A stretch of 64,000 nt of DNA from Cyanobacteria bacterium auto_48_18 (GTDB lineage: Bacteria; Cyanobacteriota; Vampirovibrionia; Obscuribacterales; Obscuribacteraceae), in contig JAVHQC010000015.1 of NCBI GenBank assembly GCA_036170915.1, forward strand, positions 1 to 64,000. The letters are read 5' to 3'. Below, piece by piece: positions 51,409-60,106 of this stretch (position 1 is the stretch's first letter; each line of letters begins with the position of its first letter). The notes under the pieces were generated by a model. That model worked only from the letters and a program-made list of their open reading frames with translations. It searched no databases and had not been told where the DNA came from. Both the position numbers and the translations under genes were made by a program.

Positions 51409-53346
51409 ATGCGTACTTTAAAAATACTTCTAGTCGAAGATAATCCCGAAGATGTTTTCCTCATGCAAAATACGCTGCTTGAAGCAAAAGTGCCACACGA
51501 GTTGCAAGTGCTCGAAGACGGCGAGGAGGCAATTGATTATTTACTCGGTTTAGCTGCCGGTGACACTACCATCGCGCTAGACCTGGTGGTTCTCGATTTA
51601 AGTTTGCCGAAGCGCAATGGACATGAAGTACTTTCTGAAATAAGAAAGTGTCATGCATTCTTGCAACTGCCTGTGGTGGTCTTAACCACTTCAGAAGACA
51701 TGGAAGATCGAAAGAAAGTTTTAGAGCATGGTGCAAGCTATGTGACCAAGCCGGCTAATCTTGAAAACTTTTTTCGAGTCTTGGAGATTCTCGAAATTGC
51801 CACATATGATTTTGCTGCCAAGCAAAGCGATTTAGAAATTGAATCACCGTTGGAAATATTGGGACCTGAACGCACTAAGGTTCTAGTGGTTGAAGATAAT
51901 CCAAGCGACGTTTTGTTTTTGCAAGAACTACTTAAAGCGGCAGCTTTACCCATTGAATTGACAGTGGTGGAAACCCTCAAATCTGCATTAAAGTACCTCA
52001 GCAACCACACACCCACTATAATTCTGGCCGACTTAGGATTGCCTGATGCTGACGGTTTAGATGTGCTGCTGGGGCTGCAGTCTACAGCTAAGGACTGTCC
52101 AATTGTTATTCTCACTGGCTGTGACGAAGAAAGCGTCGCTGAGCAAGCGCTGCGTCAGGGTGCACAAGATTATCTGGTTAAAGGGCAGTTTGATGAGCGA
52201 ACGCTTTTGCGTTCTTTAAGGTACGCAATTACGCGCAAGCAAGCAGAAGAAAGCGCGCTACGTGCAATGTCATTTGAAAATGTGGTGCTTCAAGAAATTC
52301 TCGAGCATACACCCATCGGAATTGCACGCTTGGATGCCAAAATGAATGTTGTCACTTGCAACCAGATGTTTTCGGATCTTTTAGAAGTCGATAATGCCGC
52401 CACTGTGGGCACTGATATTGTTAGTTTGATTCCAGTTCTAAGTCCTGAAGTCTGGGCTGGAGTCAAGAATGGCACTCCGTTCCGTCTCAATCAGTGTCCC
52501 TTTAAAAAGCGAGTAACGTCAGAAAATATGGTTCTCGATTTAACAGTGTGGCCTATTCGCAGTCGTGACAATGATACTAAGGGTGGTATTGTTCTTGCTC
52601 TTGATATTACCGAACAGATTAAGCTACTTAAACAGCAAGACGACTTTCTTGCATCACTGGCCCATGATATTAAGAACCCACTGCTGGGTGCTGGTCAGAT
52701 TTTAAAATTTTTGAGCAATCCTTCGCTGTCCAAAGAAGATCAAGCCAGTATGGTTTCACTGTTGGAGCAAAGCAACAGCAGTGTTTTGGTGATGTTACAA
52801 AATCTTCTCGAAATTTATCGCTATGAAGCAAACGCAAAATCTTTAGTTTTTGCACCGGTTCAGATTGGTCAACCTATTAATGATGCAGTTACTTTAATGG
52901 CTGCTGCCGCCTTTTCCAAAAATATCAAAGTTGATGTTAACTTGCCGGTGAAGTTGCCACTGATTCAAGCGGAGTGCACCGGCATTGAACGGTTATTCAG
53001 CAATCTGCTCGACAATGCAATACGCTTTTCAAAACAGGACAGCGTGATAACTATTTCTGCCTCTGAACAGTCATGTGACCATACTTTGACTATAGAAGTC
53101 AGCGACACCGGCTCAGGAATGTCAGCTCAACAGCAGGCCGCGATTTTTCAGCGCTTTGGTGAATCGAGTGCAGGTAAATTTAAGGGTGGAATTAGCTCGG
53201 GGCTCGGCTTGTACCTTTGCAAACAAATAGTCGAGTCCAGTAATGGCAGTATCACTTGCCAGAGCGAGCAAGGCGTGGGCACAAAGTTCATTATTCGTTT
53301 TCCGGTAGTGCTTGAGCCAAATTTAAAAGAGGCGCAGACCTGCTAA
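51409..53346 (+). CDS. Hybrid signalling protein REC-REC-PAS-histidine kinase
   Basis: Two receivers (VEDNPED...LDLSLPKRNG; VEDNPSD...ADLGLPD), LAHDIKNPL, NLLDNAIRF, GLGLYLC. Confidence 0.9.
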   Translation: MRTLKILLVEDNPEDVFLMQNTLLEAKVPHELQVLEDGEEAIDYLLGLAAGDTTIALDLVVLDLSLPKRNGHEVLSEIRKCHAFLQLPVVVLTTSEDMEDRKKVLEHGASYVTKPANLENFFRVLEILEIATYDFAAKQSDLEIESPLEILGPERTKVLVVEDNPSDVLFLQELLKAAALPIELTVVETLKSALKYLSNHTPTIILADLGLPDADGLDVLLGLQSTAKDCPIVILTGCDEESVAEQALRQGAQDYLVKGQFDERTLLRSLRYAITRKQAEESALRAMSFENVVLQEILEHTPIGIARLDAKMNVVTCNQMFSDLLEVDNAATVGTDIVSLIPVLSPEVWAGVKNGTPFRLNQCPFKKRVTSENMVLDLTVWPIRSRDNDTKGGIVLALDITEQIKLLKQQDDFLASLAHDIKNPLLGAGQILKFLSNPSLSKEDQASMVSLLEQSNSSVLVMLQNLLEIYRYEANAKSLVFAPVQIGQPINDAVTLMAAAAFSKNIKVDVNLPVKLPLIQAECTGIERLFSNLLDNAIRFSKQDSVITISASEQSCDHTLTIEVSDTGSGMSAQQQAAIFQRFGESSAGKFKGGISSGLGLYLCKQIVESSNGSITCQSEQGVGTKFIIRFPVVLEPNLKEAQTC

Positions 53347-53380
53347 TTGGCCGCTGCTGATGGTCGAGGCATTGGTGTTC

Positions 53381-53740
53381 TTAAAATACTCGACTGCCTA
53401 GTTCCGAACCATCGTCGGGCTTGAGCAGAAGCACGCCACCAGCGTTGACCGCGCTCCCCAATACAAGTACTTCTGAATTGAAGTCGCCAACTTGTTTGCC
53501 TGGGCAATTCATCACACAGGCCACCAGTCTGTTAGTAAGATCATCTAATCGATAGTGCGCTGTGATTTGCGCGCTTGATTGTTTTACACCCAGATCTCCA
53601 AAGTCAATCCAGAGTTTATAAGCTGGCTTTCTCGCCTGGCCAAAAACTTCCGCTTTGATAATTTTCCCGACGCGAATATCGAGGCGCAGGAAAGTATCGA
53701 GGTCTACATTGTCAGAAACTATATTCAAGTTATTTCGCAT
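53381..53740 (-). CDS. csaA: CsaA-like tRNA-binding/export chaperone
   Basis: LDIRVGKI, ARKPAYKLWIDFG, KQSSAQIT, SEVLVLG. Confidence 0.88.
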   Translation of the reverse strand: MRNNLNIVSDNVDLDTFLRLDIRVGKIIKAEVFGQARKPAYKLWIDFGDLGVKQSSAQITAHYRLDDLTNRLVACVMNCPGKQVGDFNSEVLVLGSAVNAGGVLLLKPDDGSELGSRVF

Positions 53741-56684
53741 CCATCCAGTTTTTGCCAGTACCTAAATCTACTTTGAGCGGCACTTTAAGGGGTTGATCAA
53801 GGGTCATTGCTTTTTCTAAGATTACCTTAGTTGCTTCCAGTTCGTCATCCGGCACTTCGAGTACCAGTTCATCGTGCACTTGCATAGTCAGTTTGGCATT
53901 GCTGCCTGCTGCTCTCAAATCCTGATCGAGCCTAATCATGGCCAGTTTCATCAAGTCCGCCGCACTTCCTTGAATTGGAGCATTGCAGGCAGCCCGCTCG
54001 TCTGCTTTGCGGACATTGTCATTGCGATCGTGCAGATGGGTGAAATATCGTCTGCGACCCCACATCGTGCGCGCATAGTTGTTGTTGCGTGCGTCTTCGA
54101 TGGTACCGTGTAAGAAACCCTGCACTTTGGGATAGCGAGCGAAATATTTGTCTATAAAGCCCTGAGCTTCTTTAGTTGATATACCCAGATCAAGACCAGT
54201 AGAGTACGCACCTTGCTGATAAACGAGAGCAAAATTGAGAGTTTTGCCAATGCGTCTTATTTCAGAAGTGACATCTTCAATGGTTAGTTCGTAAATTTCG
54301 CCGGCAGTGCGAGCGTGAATGTCTTGATTTTTTTCAAATGCATCAATCAAAGTTTCATCGCCGCACATGTGCGCCAGTAGCCGCAGTTCTATTTGGGAAT
54401 AGTCGGCGGAAATCAATGATGAGCCAGGAGCAGCCACAAACGCTCGGCGAATGCGGCGACCAACTTCTGTGCGAATAGGAATATTTTGCAAATTTGGATT
54501 AGAGCTGGAGAGTCGGCCGGTGCTGGTAACGGTCTGGTTGAAGTCGCCGTGCAGACGTCCGTCTCTTTCTAAAATCTGCCCTGGCAGCGCGTCGACATAG
54601 GTTGAACGCAACTTGGAAATGTGTCTATACTCGAGCAATTTGGCGATTATCTCATGCTCTTCCTTAAGAGATTCGAGCACAGATGCATCGGTGGAATATC
54701 CTGTTTTGGTTTTACCTTTAGTCTTGAGACCAAGTTCTTCGAACAAAACTTTTTGCAATTGCTGGGTGGAATTTATATTAAAACCGTGACCAGCATGGGC
54801 GTATATTTCGCTTTCAAGCCGGGCAAGTTCGCTGGCCAGCTCATGGGAGAAATTCTTCAGGTAGTCGAGATCGAGGGCCACTCCGGCTTGTTCCATGCGA
54901 GCGAGCACTTCAGCTAAGGGCTGCTCCATTTCGTAAAGCAAAAATTGTTGCTCATCATCTAATAATGGTGCGTAAAATCTTGCCAGTTCTAAACTTAATC
55001 GACTTTGCTCGATGGCGTAGCCCGCCACTGTATCTAGTGGCGCGTCCACAAGAGCAATCTGTTTGCGACCGGTGCCGATTATTTCATCAAGCCGTGGCAT
55101 TTGATAATTCAATACCCTGTCAGCTTGCTCTCGCAAACCGTGCTTGTCATCAGGGTTTAGAATATAGCTGGCTAACATCGTATCGAATACAACTGGACCA
55201 AATTTGATACCCAAGCAAGAGAATACATTAAGCTCAAATTTGGAATTTTGGGCAACTTTGCCGATTTTGGTATTTTCTAAAACAGGCTTTAGTTGTTCGA
55301 TTACGTAGGCTGCTTCAAGTAGAGCAGCACCAGTATGTTTAACCGGCACGTAAGCAGCCTTGAGAGTAGCTTTGCTCTTGTCGCTGTGTTCAAGCAGATC
55401 CAGACGACCTTCTTTGCTGCCCATCAAAGTGTCCCAGGCAAATGTGTAGCCGATTACTTCAGTCTTGAGGCTGTCACCACCTGTAGTCTCAAGAGAAACA
55501 GAAATGAGGCTTTGCATGGAAAGCTCTTTAACTAAGTCGGTCAGTTGTTCTTGCGAAGTAACTACCAGAGGCTCCGGCGCTTGAGCCATTGTAACTGCAT
55601 GGGTGGCTGCTGGGGCGGCATCTGATGAAGAGTCTGCATCAGTGTGTGTGCCGAAGGATAATTTGAGCTGGCCGAAGACAGGCGCGTCTATTGAAGCTTC
55701 TAAACTGGAACCAGCTGACCCGGCGGCTGCTAGCACTTTCATTTCTACAGCTGGAGCTGCTTTCGGCATTTCAGGGACGGACCCATCAGGTGAAAAGCGA
55801 GCCAAAATCTTAGGCAGTCTCGCAGTCAGTTGTTTGAAATTGAGTTTGTCGAAATAGTCTCGCAAGCCTTCTAGTTGCGGCATGCTTAGCCGGCAATGTT
55901 CAAAATCAAATTCGAGTGGCACATCAAGGCGAATGGTAGCCAATCGCTGGCTAACATAGGCAATTTCTTTGCCTTCTATCAATTTGTTTTTCAGCGAAGC
56001 TGATTTGATTTCATCGATATGCTCGTAAATGCCGTCCAGTGTCTGGTAAGCGGCAAGTAGCTGTTGAGCACCTTTACTGCCGATGCCTTTGACTCCAGGA
56101 ATGTTGTCTGAGCTGTCACCACACAGTGCCTTGAAATCAACAACTTGCTCAGGCCAGATACCCATGCGATCGAAAACTTCCTGACGACGGCAATTGACTA
56201 GCCCGTCGTTGGTGGTCAGGTGAATTTCAATTGGAGAATCGTCGCCGTCGACTAACTGAAAAGCATCTTTATCACCGGTCAAAATGATTACTTTGCGACC
56301 TTGTGCCGCCGCTTGTTTAGCGACGGTACCAATCACATCATCAGCTTCAAATCCGGGCAATTCTAAAAGAGGAATTTCAAAAGCTGTAACGCCTTCGCGA
56401 ATAATCGGCCACTGAGTTTTCAAATCATCAGGCATATCAGAGCGATGCGCTTTGTACTGGTCATATTCTATTTTTCGAAAAGTCGGTTCCGAAAGATCAA
56501 AGCAGACGGCCAGCATGTCTGGCCGCTGTTTTTCAATTTGATCAAACAAAGATGTGAAAAAACCATGCACTGCCCAGGTGGGACGACCGTCTTTAGCTTT
56601 CATTCCAGAACGCATGAGCGCATAGAAGGAACGGAAAGCTAAAGAGCTTCCATCAACTAGTACTAGTGTTTCTTGATCAGCCAT
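53730..56684 (-). CDS. polA: DNA polymerase I
   Basis: 5' nuclease (VDGSSLAFR, EADD, GDSSDNIPGV); polymerase motifs TGRLSS, ADYSQIELR, QVHDE. Confidence 0.98.
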   Translation of the reverse strand: MADQETLVLVDGSSLAFRSFYALMRSGMKAKDGRPTWAVHGFFTSLFDQIEKQRPDMLAVCFDLSEPTFRKIEYDQYKAHRSDMPDDLKTQWPIIREGVTAFEIPLLELPGFEADDVIGTVAKQAAAQGRKVIILTGDKDAFQLVDGDDSPIEIHLTTNDGLVNCRRQEVFDRMGIWPEQVVDFKALCGDSSDNIPGVKGIGSKGAQQLLAAYQTLDGIYEHIDEIKSASLKNKLIEGKEIAYVSQRLATIRLDVPLEFDFEHCRLSMPQLEGLRDYFDKLNFKQLTARLPKILARFSPDGSVPEMPKAAPAVEMKVLAAAGSAGSSLEASIDAPVFGQLKLSFGTHTDADSSSDAAPAATHAVTMAQAPEPLVVTSQEQLTDLVKELSMQSLISVSLETTGGDSLKTEVIGYTFAWDTLMGSKEGRLDLLEHSDKSKATLKAAYVPVKHTGAALLEAAYVIEQLKPVLENTKIGKVAQNSKFELNVFSCLGIKFGPVVFDTMLASYILNPDDKHGLREQADRVLNYQMPRLDEIIGTGRKQIALVDAPLDTVAGYAIEQSRLSLELARFYAPLLDDEQQFLLYEMEQPLAEVLARMEQAGVALDLDYLKNFSHELASELARLESEIYAHAGHGFNINSTQQLQKVLFEELGLKTKGKTKTGYSTDASVLESLKEEHEIIAKLLEYRHISKLRSTYVDALPGQILERDGRLHGDFNQTVTSTGRLSSSNPNLQNIPIRTEVGRRIRRAFVAAPGSSLISADYSQIELRLLAHMCGDETLIDAFEKNQDIHARTAGEIYELTIEDVTSEIRRIGKTLNFALVYQQGAYSTGLDLGISTKEAQGFIDKYFARYPKVQGFLHGTIEDARNNNYARTMWGRRRYFTHLHDRNDNVRKADERAACNAPIQGSAADLMKLAMIRLDQDLRAAGSNAKLTMQVHDELVLEVPDDELEATKVILEKAMTLDQPLKVPLKVDLGTGKNWMDAK

Positions 56685-56698
56685 GGTCTTTTACTCTG

Positions 56699-58465
56699 TT
56701 ATTGAACGTCACTGGCAGTGGAGCGCGGACGAGCCGGACCTTGTGATGTAGCCATAGCGCCAGACAAACTTTTACCTTCGCTCAAGCTTGGTGTTTCAAT
56801 ATTGAGCAAGGCTGCAATTGTTGGAGCAATATCAGCTGGGCTGACACTTTCGGTGCGCTTGCCGGGCTCAATTCCGAAACCATGCAAGACTAGAGGCACC
56901 TGACTGTCATATGAGTATGGCGCACCGCTGGCGGTGCCGGAGCTTTCAGAGGAAAAAACATAGCCTGGTTTGGGAATGACATAGCATTCGCCACTGCGGC
57001 CCCAGTAGTAGCTCTTGCGCACGCCTTCAGCGTACGGGCCATTAGGCAATTGATTGGAATAGAGCTGCGCTGATGTGATCACTTCAGCAATTCCAGGTAC
57101 TCCATGGGCAACTTTGGCAGCTAACGCTTCTACATCTGGTTGACGATATTTGTTTTTGTCTATAGCGCTGAAATTGAGATAGAGATTTGGTGGTTCAAAG
57201 GCTTCAATCCAATCGTCTTGGCCAAGGCGATTATCTAATGTGGTATCGAGGAAAGTCTTGAATGATTTGGGATCAATGCGACCCGAATCTAGCCCGCGCT
57301 CTTTGAGAAACTCAGGAATGGCCTGAGCGCCGCGGTTGGCTGTGAAGACAATTAAGCAATTGTTCAATCCGACTTTTTGATCGAGATAACCCAGCAAAGT
57401 GCTCACATCTTTATCCATGCGATAAACGAGATCTTGCGATTCTTGCGAATAAGGACCAAAGTAATTGATCAGTTCGCCGCCTGCCGATAATCCTATGGAA
57501 AGAAAATCAGTGTCACTATGGGTGCCCAGACCTTCTTTTTCAATGGCTTCATGAGCGAGCTCTAGCACCATTTGATTAGCCATAGGTGTCATAGCTAGTG
57601 TCGAGTACGCACCTTCACCGGTGGCAGCACCGCTAATCATGTGCGGAAATGCCTTACCGTCTGACGGTAGCGATTTTTCGTTAGTGAAATCGTCGCGGCT
57701 CGATGCGCCATATGCATTTTCTGGAAGCAGTCTTTGCCATGGCTTGCCAACTAATTTTTCAGCCTGGCGCTGATCATTGTAGGCTTTGACCCAGAGCGGC
57801 AAATCGCGGCTATATTGAGCTGAGCTAACAAAGTTGCCGGTGCGGCTGTCGAACCAGATTGCCATATTGGCCAAGCGTCCACCCAAGAGCAATGCTTGTG
57901 AATCTTTTACTGCCAGCGAAAATACTTTACTTCTACCATTGGTGGCCAATTTCATCTGGTCGCCAATAGTCGTGCCCTGTAGAAACTTAGAGCTTGACCC
58001 GCTGCCATTTGCTCCAGTCAGGGCCGATGCCTCATCAGCAACAGCAGAAATAGCTTTGTCTTTTTTACGATCGAACCATTGATCGGCGACGATGCCGTGA
58101 GCCCATGGGTTGGCTCCCGTAGCGATTGTGGCATCGCCACACGCGCCCTGAGTCGTGGCTTGGTAACGGCAGTTCGTATATGTAGCGCCTGATTCGCTCA
58201 ACCAGCGCAACCCACCCCCTGAAAGTTTGTCCTGAAAACGCATCAAACTGTTATAAGAAAGCTGATCAGCTACCAGCAGTACAACCAACTTTGGTTTGTT
58301 TGCACTTTGAGCCAGAGCTGCAGGTGCGGTGGAGTTAAGCTGAAAAATCCCGGGGGCTCCAAGCGGGACAATTTGAGCCGCAAGCAAAACCGCCAATAAC
58401 GACAGGGGTCTAGCCAGTCGCGACATTAGACCACTCTGTTTTTTATCTTTGCTCAAAGCTGCCAA
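56699..58465 (-). CDS. Alkaline phosphatase superfamily (PafA-like) protein with degenerate active site
   Basis: KPKLVVLLVADQ, IATGA.P..HGI, TTIGDQMK, DFLSIGLS, YSYD..VPL scaffold; metal ligands mostly substituted. Confidence 0.8.
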   Translation of the reverse strand: MAALSKDKKQSGLMSRLARPLSLLAVLLAAQIVPLGAPGIFQLNSTAPAALAQSANKPKLVVLLVADQLSYNSLMRFQDKLSGGGLRWLSESGATYTNCRYQATTQGACGDATIATGANPWAHGIVADQWFDRKKDKAISAVADEASALTGANGSGSSSKFLQGTTIGDQMKLATNGRSKVFSLAVKDSQALLLGGRLANMAIWFDSRTGNFVSSAQYSRDLPLWVKAYNDQRQAEKLVGKPWQRLLPENAYGASSRDDFTNEKSLPSDGKAFPHMISGAATGEGAYSTLAMTPMANQMVLELAHEAIEKEGLGTHSDTDFLSIGLSAGGELINYFGPYSQESQDLVYRMDKDVSTLLGYLDQKVGLNNCLIVFTANRGAQAIPEFLKERGLDSGRIDPKSFKTFLDTTLDNRLGQDDWIEAFEPPNLYLNFSAIDKNKYRQPDVEALAAKVAHGVPGIAEVITSAQLYSNQLPNGPYAEGVRKSYYWGRSGECYVIPKPGYVFSSESSGTASGAPYSYDSQVPLVLHGFGIEPGKRTESVSPADIAPTIAALLNIETPSLSEGKSLSGAMATSQGPARPRSTASDVQ

Positions 58466-58681
58466 GCTTGCTCTCCTTCTGTGTTGCCGTTCCGGTCATC
58501 TATTTTACCGGCAATGCTGCTGACTATGGTTACTTCAAAGGTTACAGTTTGGATCTCTATCTAGCTTGCATTTGTAACGCTCTATCTTGAGATCATTGTA
58601 AATATTGCGAGGCTGGAGCCAACGTTCAATACAATGTAGCCAGGCAGCAAGCTATCAATTTTTCCATCTCAGGAGTTACAC

Positions 58682-59143
58682 ATGAGCGACCGTACCAAAC
58701 TACTGAAAAAAGCTGTATTGACAGGAGTCGGAGCAACCTCCAGCGTCGACCGTGTTAAAGATGCACTTAAAGACGCCATGCAAGACCTTGTCAAAGTAGG
58801 GCAAGATTTGCTGGATGATCTTGAAGAAAAAGGCAAAGTAAAAACTGACTCGGCAGAATCCTTTTTGAAAGGATTTAAAGATGAAGCTGTCAAGCGCACC
58901 GAGGATATGGAGAAGCAAGTTACCTCCAAATTTTCCAAAACTATGAAGAAAGCCGCCAAAGAGTTTGGCTTTGTTACCATGGAGCATTACGAGCAACTGT
59001 TAGAGCGTCTGGCTGTGCTTGAGCATCATGCTGGTATAACTACACCTGAGCACATAGATGATGCTGAGCATGAAGAAGAAAGCGAGCACACCGATACTGA
59101 AACTTCGAGCAAGAAAAAGAAAAGTAAGCGCGCTGACGCGTAA
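58682..59143 (+). CDS. Phasin-like (PHA granule-associated) protein
   Basis: AGGAG SD; LKKAVLTGVGA, L..KGKV, VT.E.YEQL.ERL..LE; acidic and basic tail. Confidence 0.6.
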   Translation: MSDRTKLLKKAVLTGVGATSSVDRVKDALKDAMQDLVKVGQDLLDDLEEKGKVKTDSAESFLKGFKDEAVKRTEDMEKQVTSKFSKTMKKAAKEFGFVTMEHYEQLLERLAVLEHHAGITTPEHIDDAEHEEESEHTDTETSSKKKKSKRADA

Positions 59144-59166
59144 TTTAAATTCTTAAATGCTTTTTT

Positions 59167-59206
59167 GAAGGAGCGCTTTTTATGAGCGCTCCTTCTTTGT
59201 TTTTTC
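59167..59206 (+). terminator. Rho-independent terminator
   Basis: GAAGGAGCGCT-N7-AGCGCTCCTTC followed by TTTGTTTTTT. Confidence 0.85.
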
Positions 59207-59293
59207 TTTTGTTCTGTAATCTTGGTGGAGGCCGCCGTTGGGACTGCCTTCGCTTTTTCTCGATTGAAGTTGTAGTGGGATTTTCTGCGGTTT

Positions 59294-59337
59294 TTCTGAC
59301 AAAAATTAGAGAATTGCCAAATTTATTTTTGTCAGAA
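59294..59337. promoter_or_regulatory. Perfect 13-bp inverted repeat, putative operator
   Basis: TTCTGACAAAAAT-N18-ATTTTTGTCAGAA upstream of the AbiEi-like gene. Confidence 0.5.
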
Positions 59338-59450
59338 TTTCGTCTGAAAATTCCCCTCTGGAGAAAAAGTTTTTTTTCAAACCATTGAACTTTTTCCCGA
59401 AAAATTACGTTGTACATAGAAGCACCTTTTTGAATTGAAGGAGGTTTCTT

Positions 59451-60101
59451 ATGAATTGCTGCCGCGCTTTTATCGTCAGATCATTCCGCTCTCTGCCGCC
59501 AGGCACCATATTTACGACCCGCGATTGTCTGGGCTTCGGTTTTCGAAGAGACAATGTTGATCAAACACTGGCCAGACTTGTTAAAGAAGGAGTTTTGATT
59601 CGCCTGGTACGCGGCGTTTTTGTTGATGCTGCCACAGCGAGGCCGACATATTCGATTCTTGAAATTGCAACAGTAAAGGCAAGTTCTTTTGGAAAAAAAA
59701 TACGCCAGCATAGTGCTGATTCAGCGGCAGAAATTGGCCTGCCCGCTGAAATGAATAAGCACGATACTTTTATTGTCGACGGCGCGACCAGCAGATTTCA
59801 TGTGATTTCAACAGGTAAGAGAGTTGTGTTTCGTATTGCCTGCGAAAAGAAAATGCATCTGGATGATGACAAAGTGGGCAAGATTGTAAGAGGCCTCTGG
59901 CATCTTGGCGAAGAACGAGTGCAATTGCAGATGATCGCAAGGGCCGTGATAACACTTAATCGTGCCGAGTGTAGAAAGATTGTCACTTCAGGAGCCTGGA
60001 TGCCTTACTGGTTGATGAATGCATTCGAAGAAATTTTTGGTCGGAGATTTCTTCCGCCGATGTGGCCAGTACAGCCTTCAGGTCCCCCCGCTGCCATCTA
60101 A
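59451..60101 (+). CDS. DUF6088 / AbiEi-like (type IV TA antitoxin-like) winged-helix protein
   Basis: AAGGAGG SD; IFTTRD...NVDQTLARLVKEGVLIRLVRGVF. Confidence 0.7.
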   Translation: MNCCRAFIVRSFRSLPPGTIFTTRDCLGFGFRRDNVDQTLARLVKEGVLIRLVRGVFVDAATARPTYSILEIATVKASSFGKKIRQHSADSAAEIGLPAEMNKHDTFIVDGATSRFHVISTGKRVVFRIACEKKMHLDDDKVGKIVRGLWHLGEERVQLQMIARAVITLNRAECRKIVTSGAWMPYWLMNAFEEIFGRRFLPPMWPVQPSGPPAAI

Positions 60102-60106
60102 ATCAG

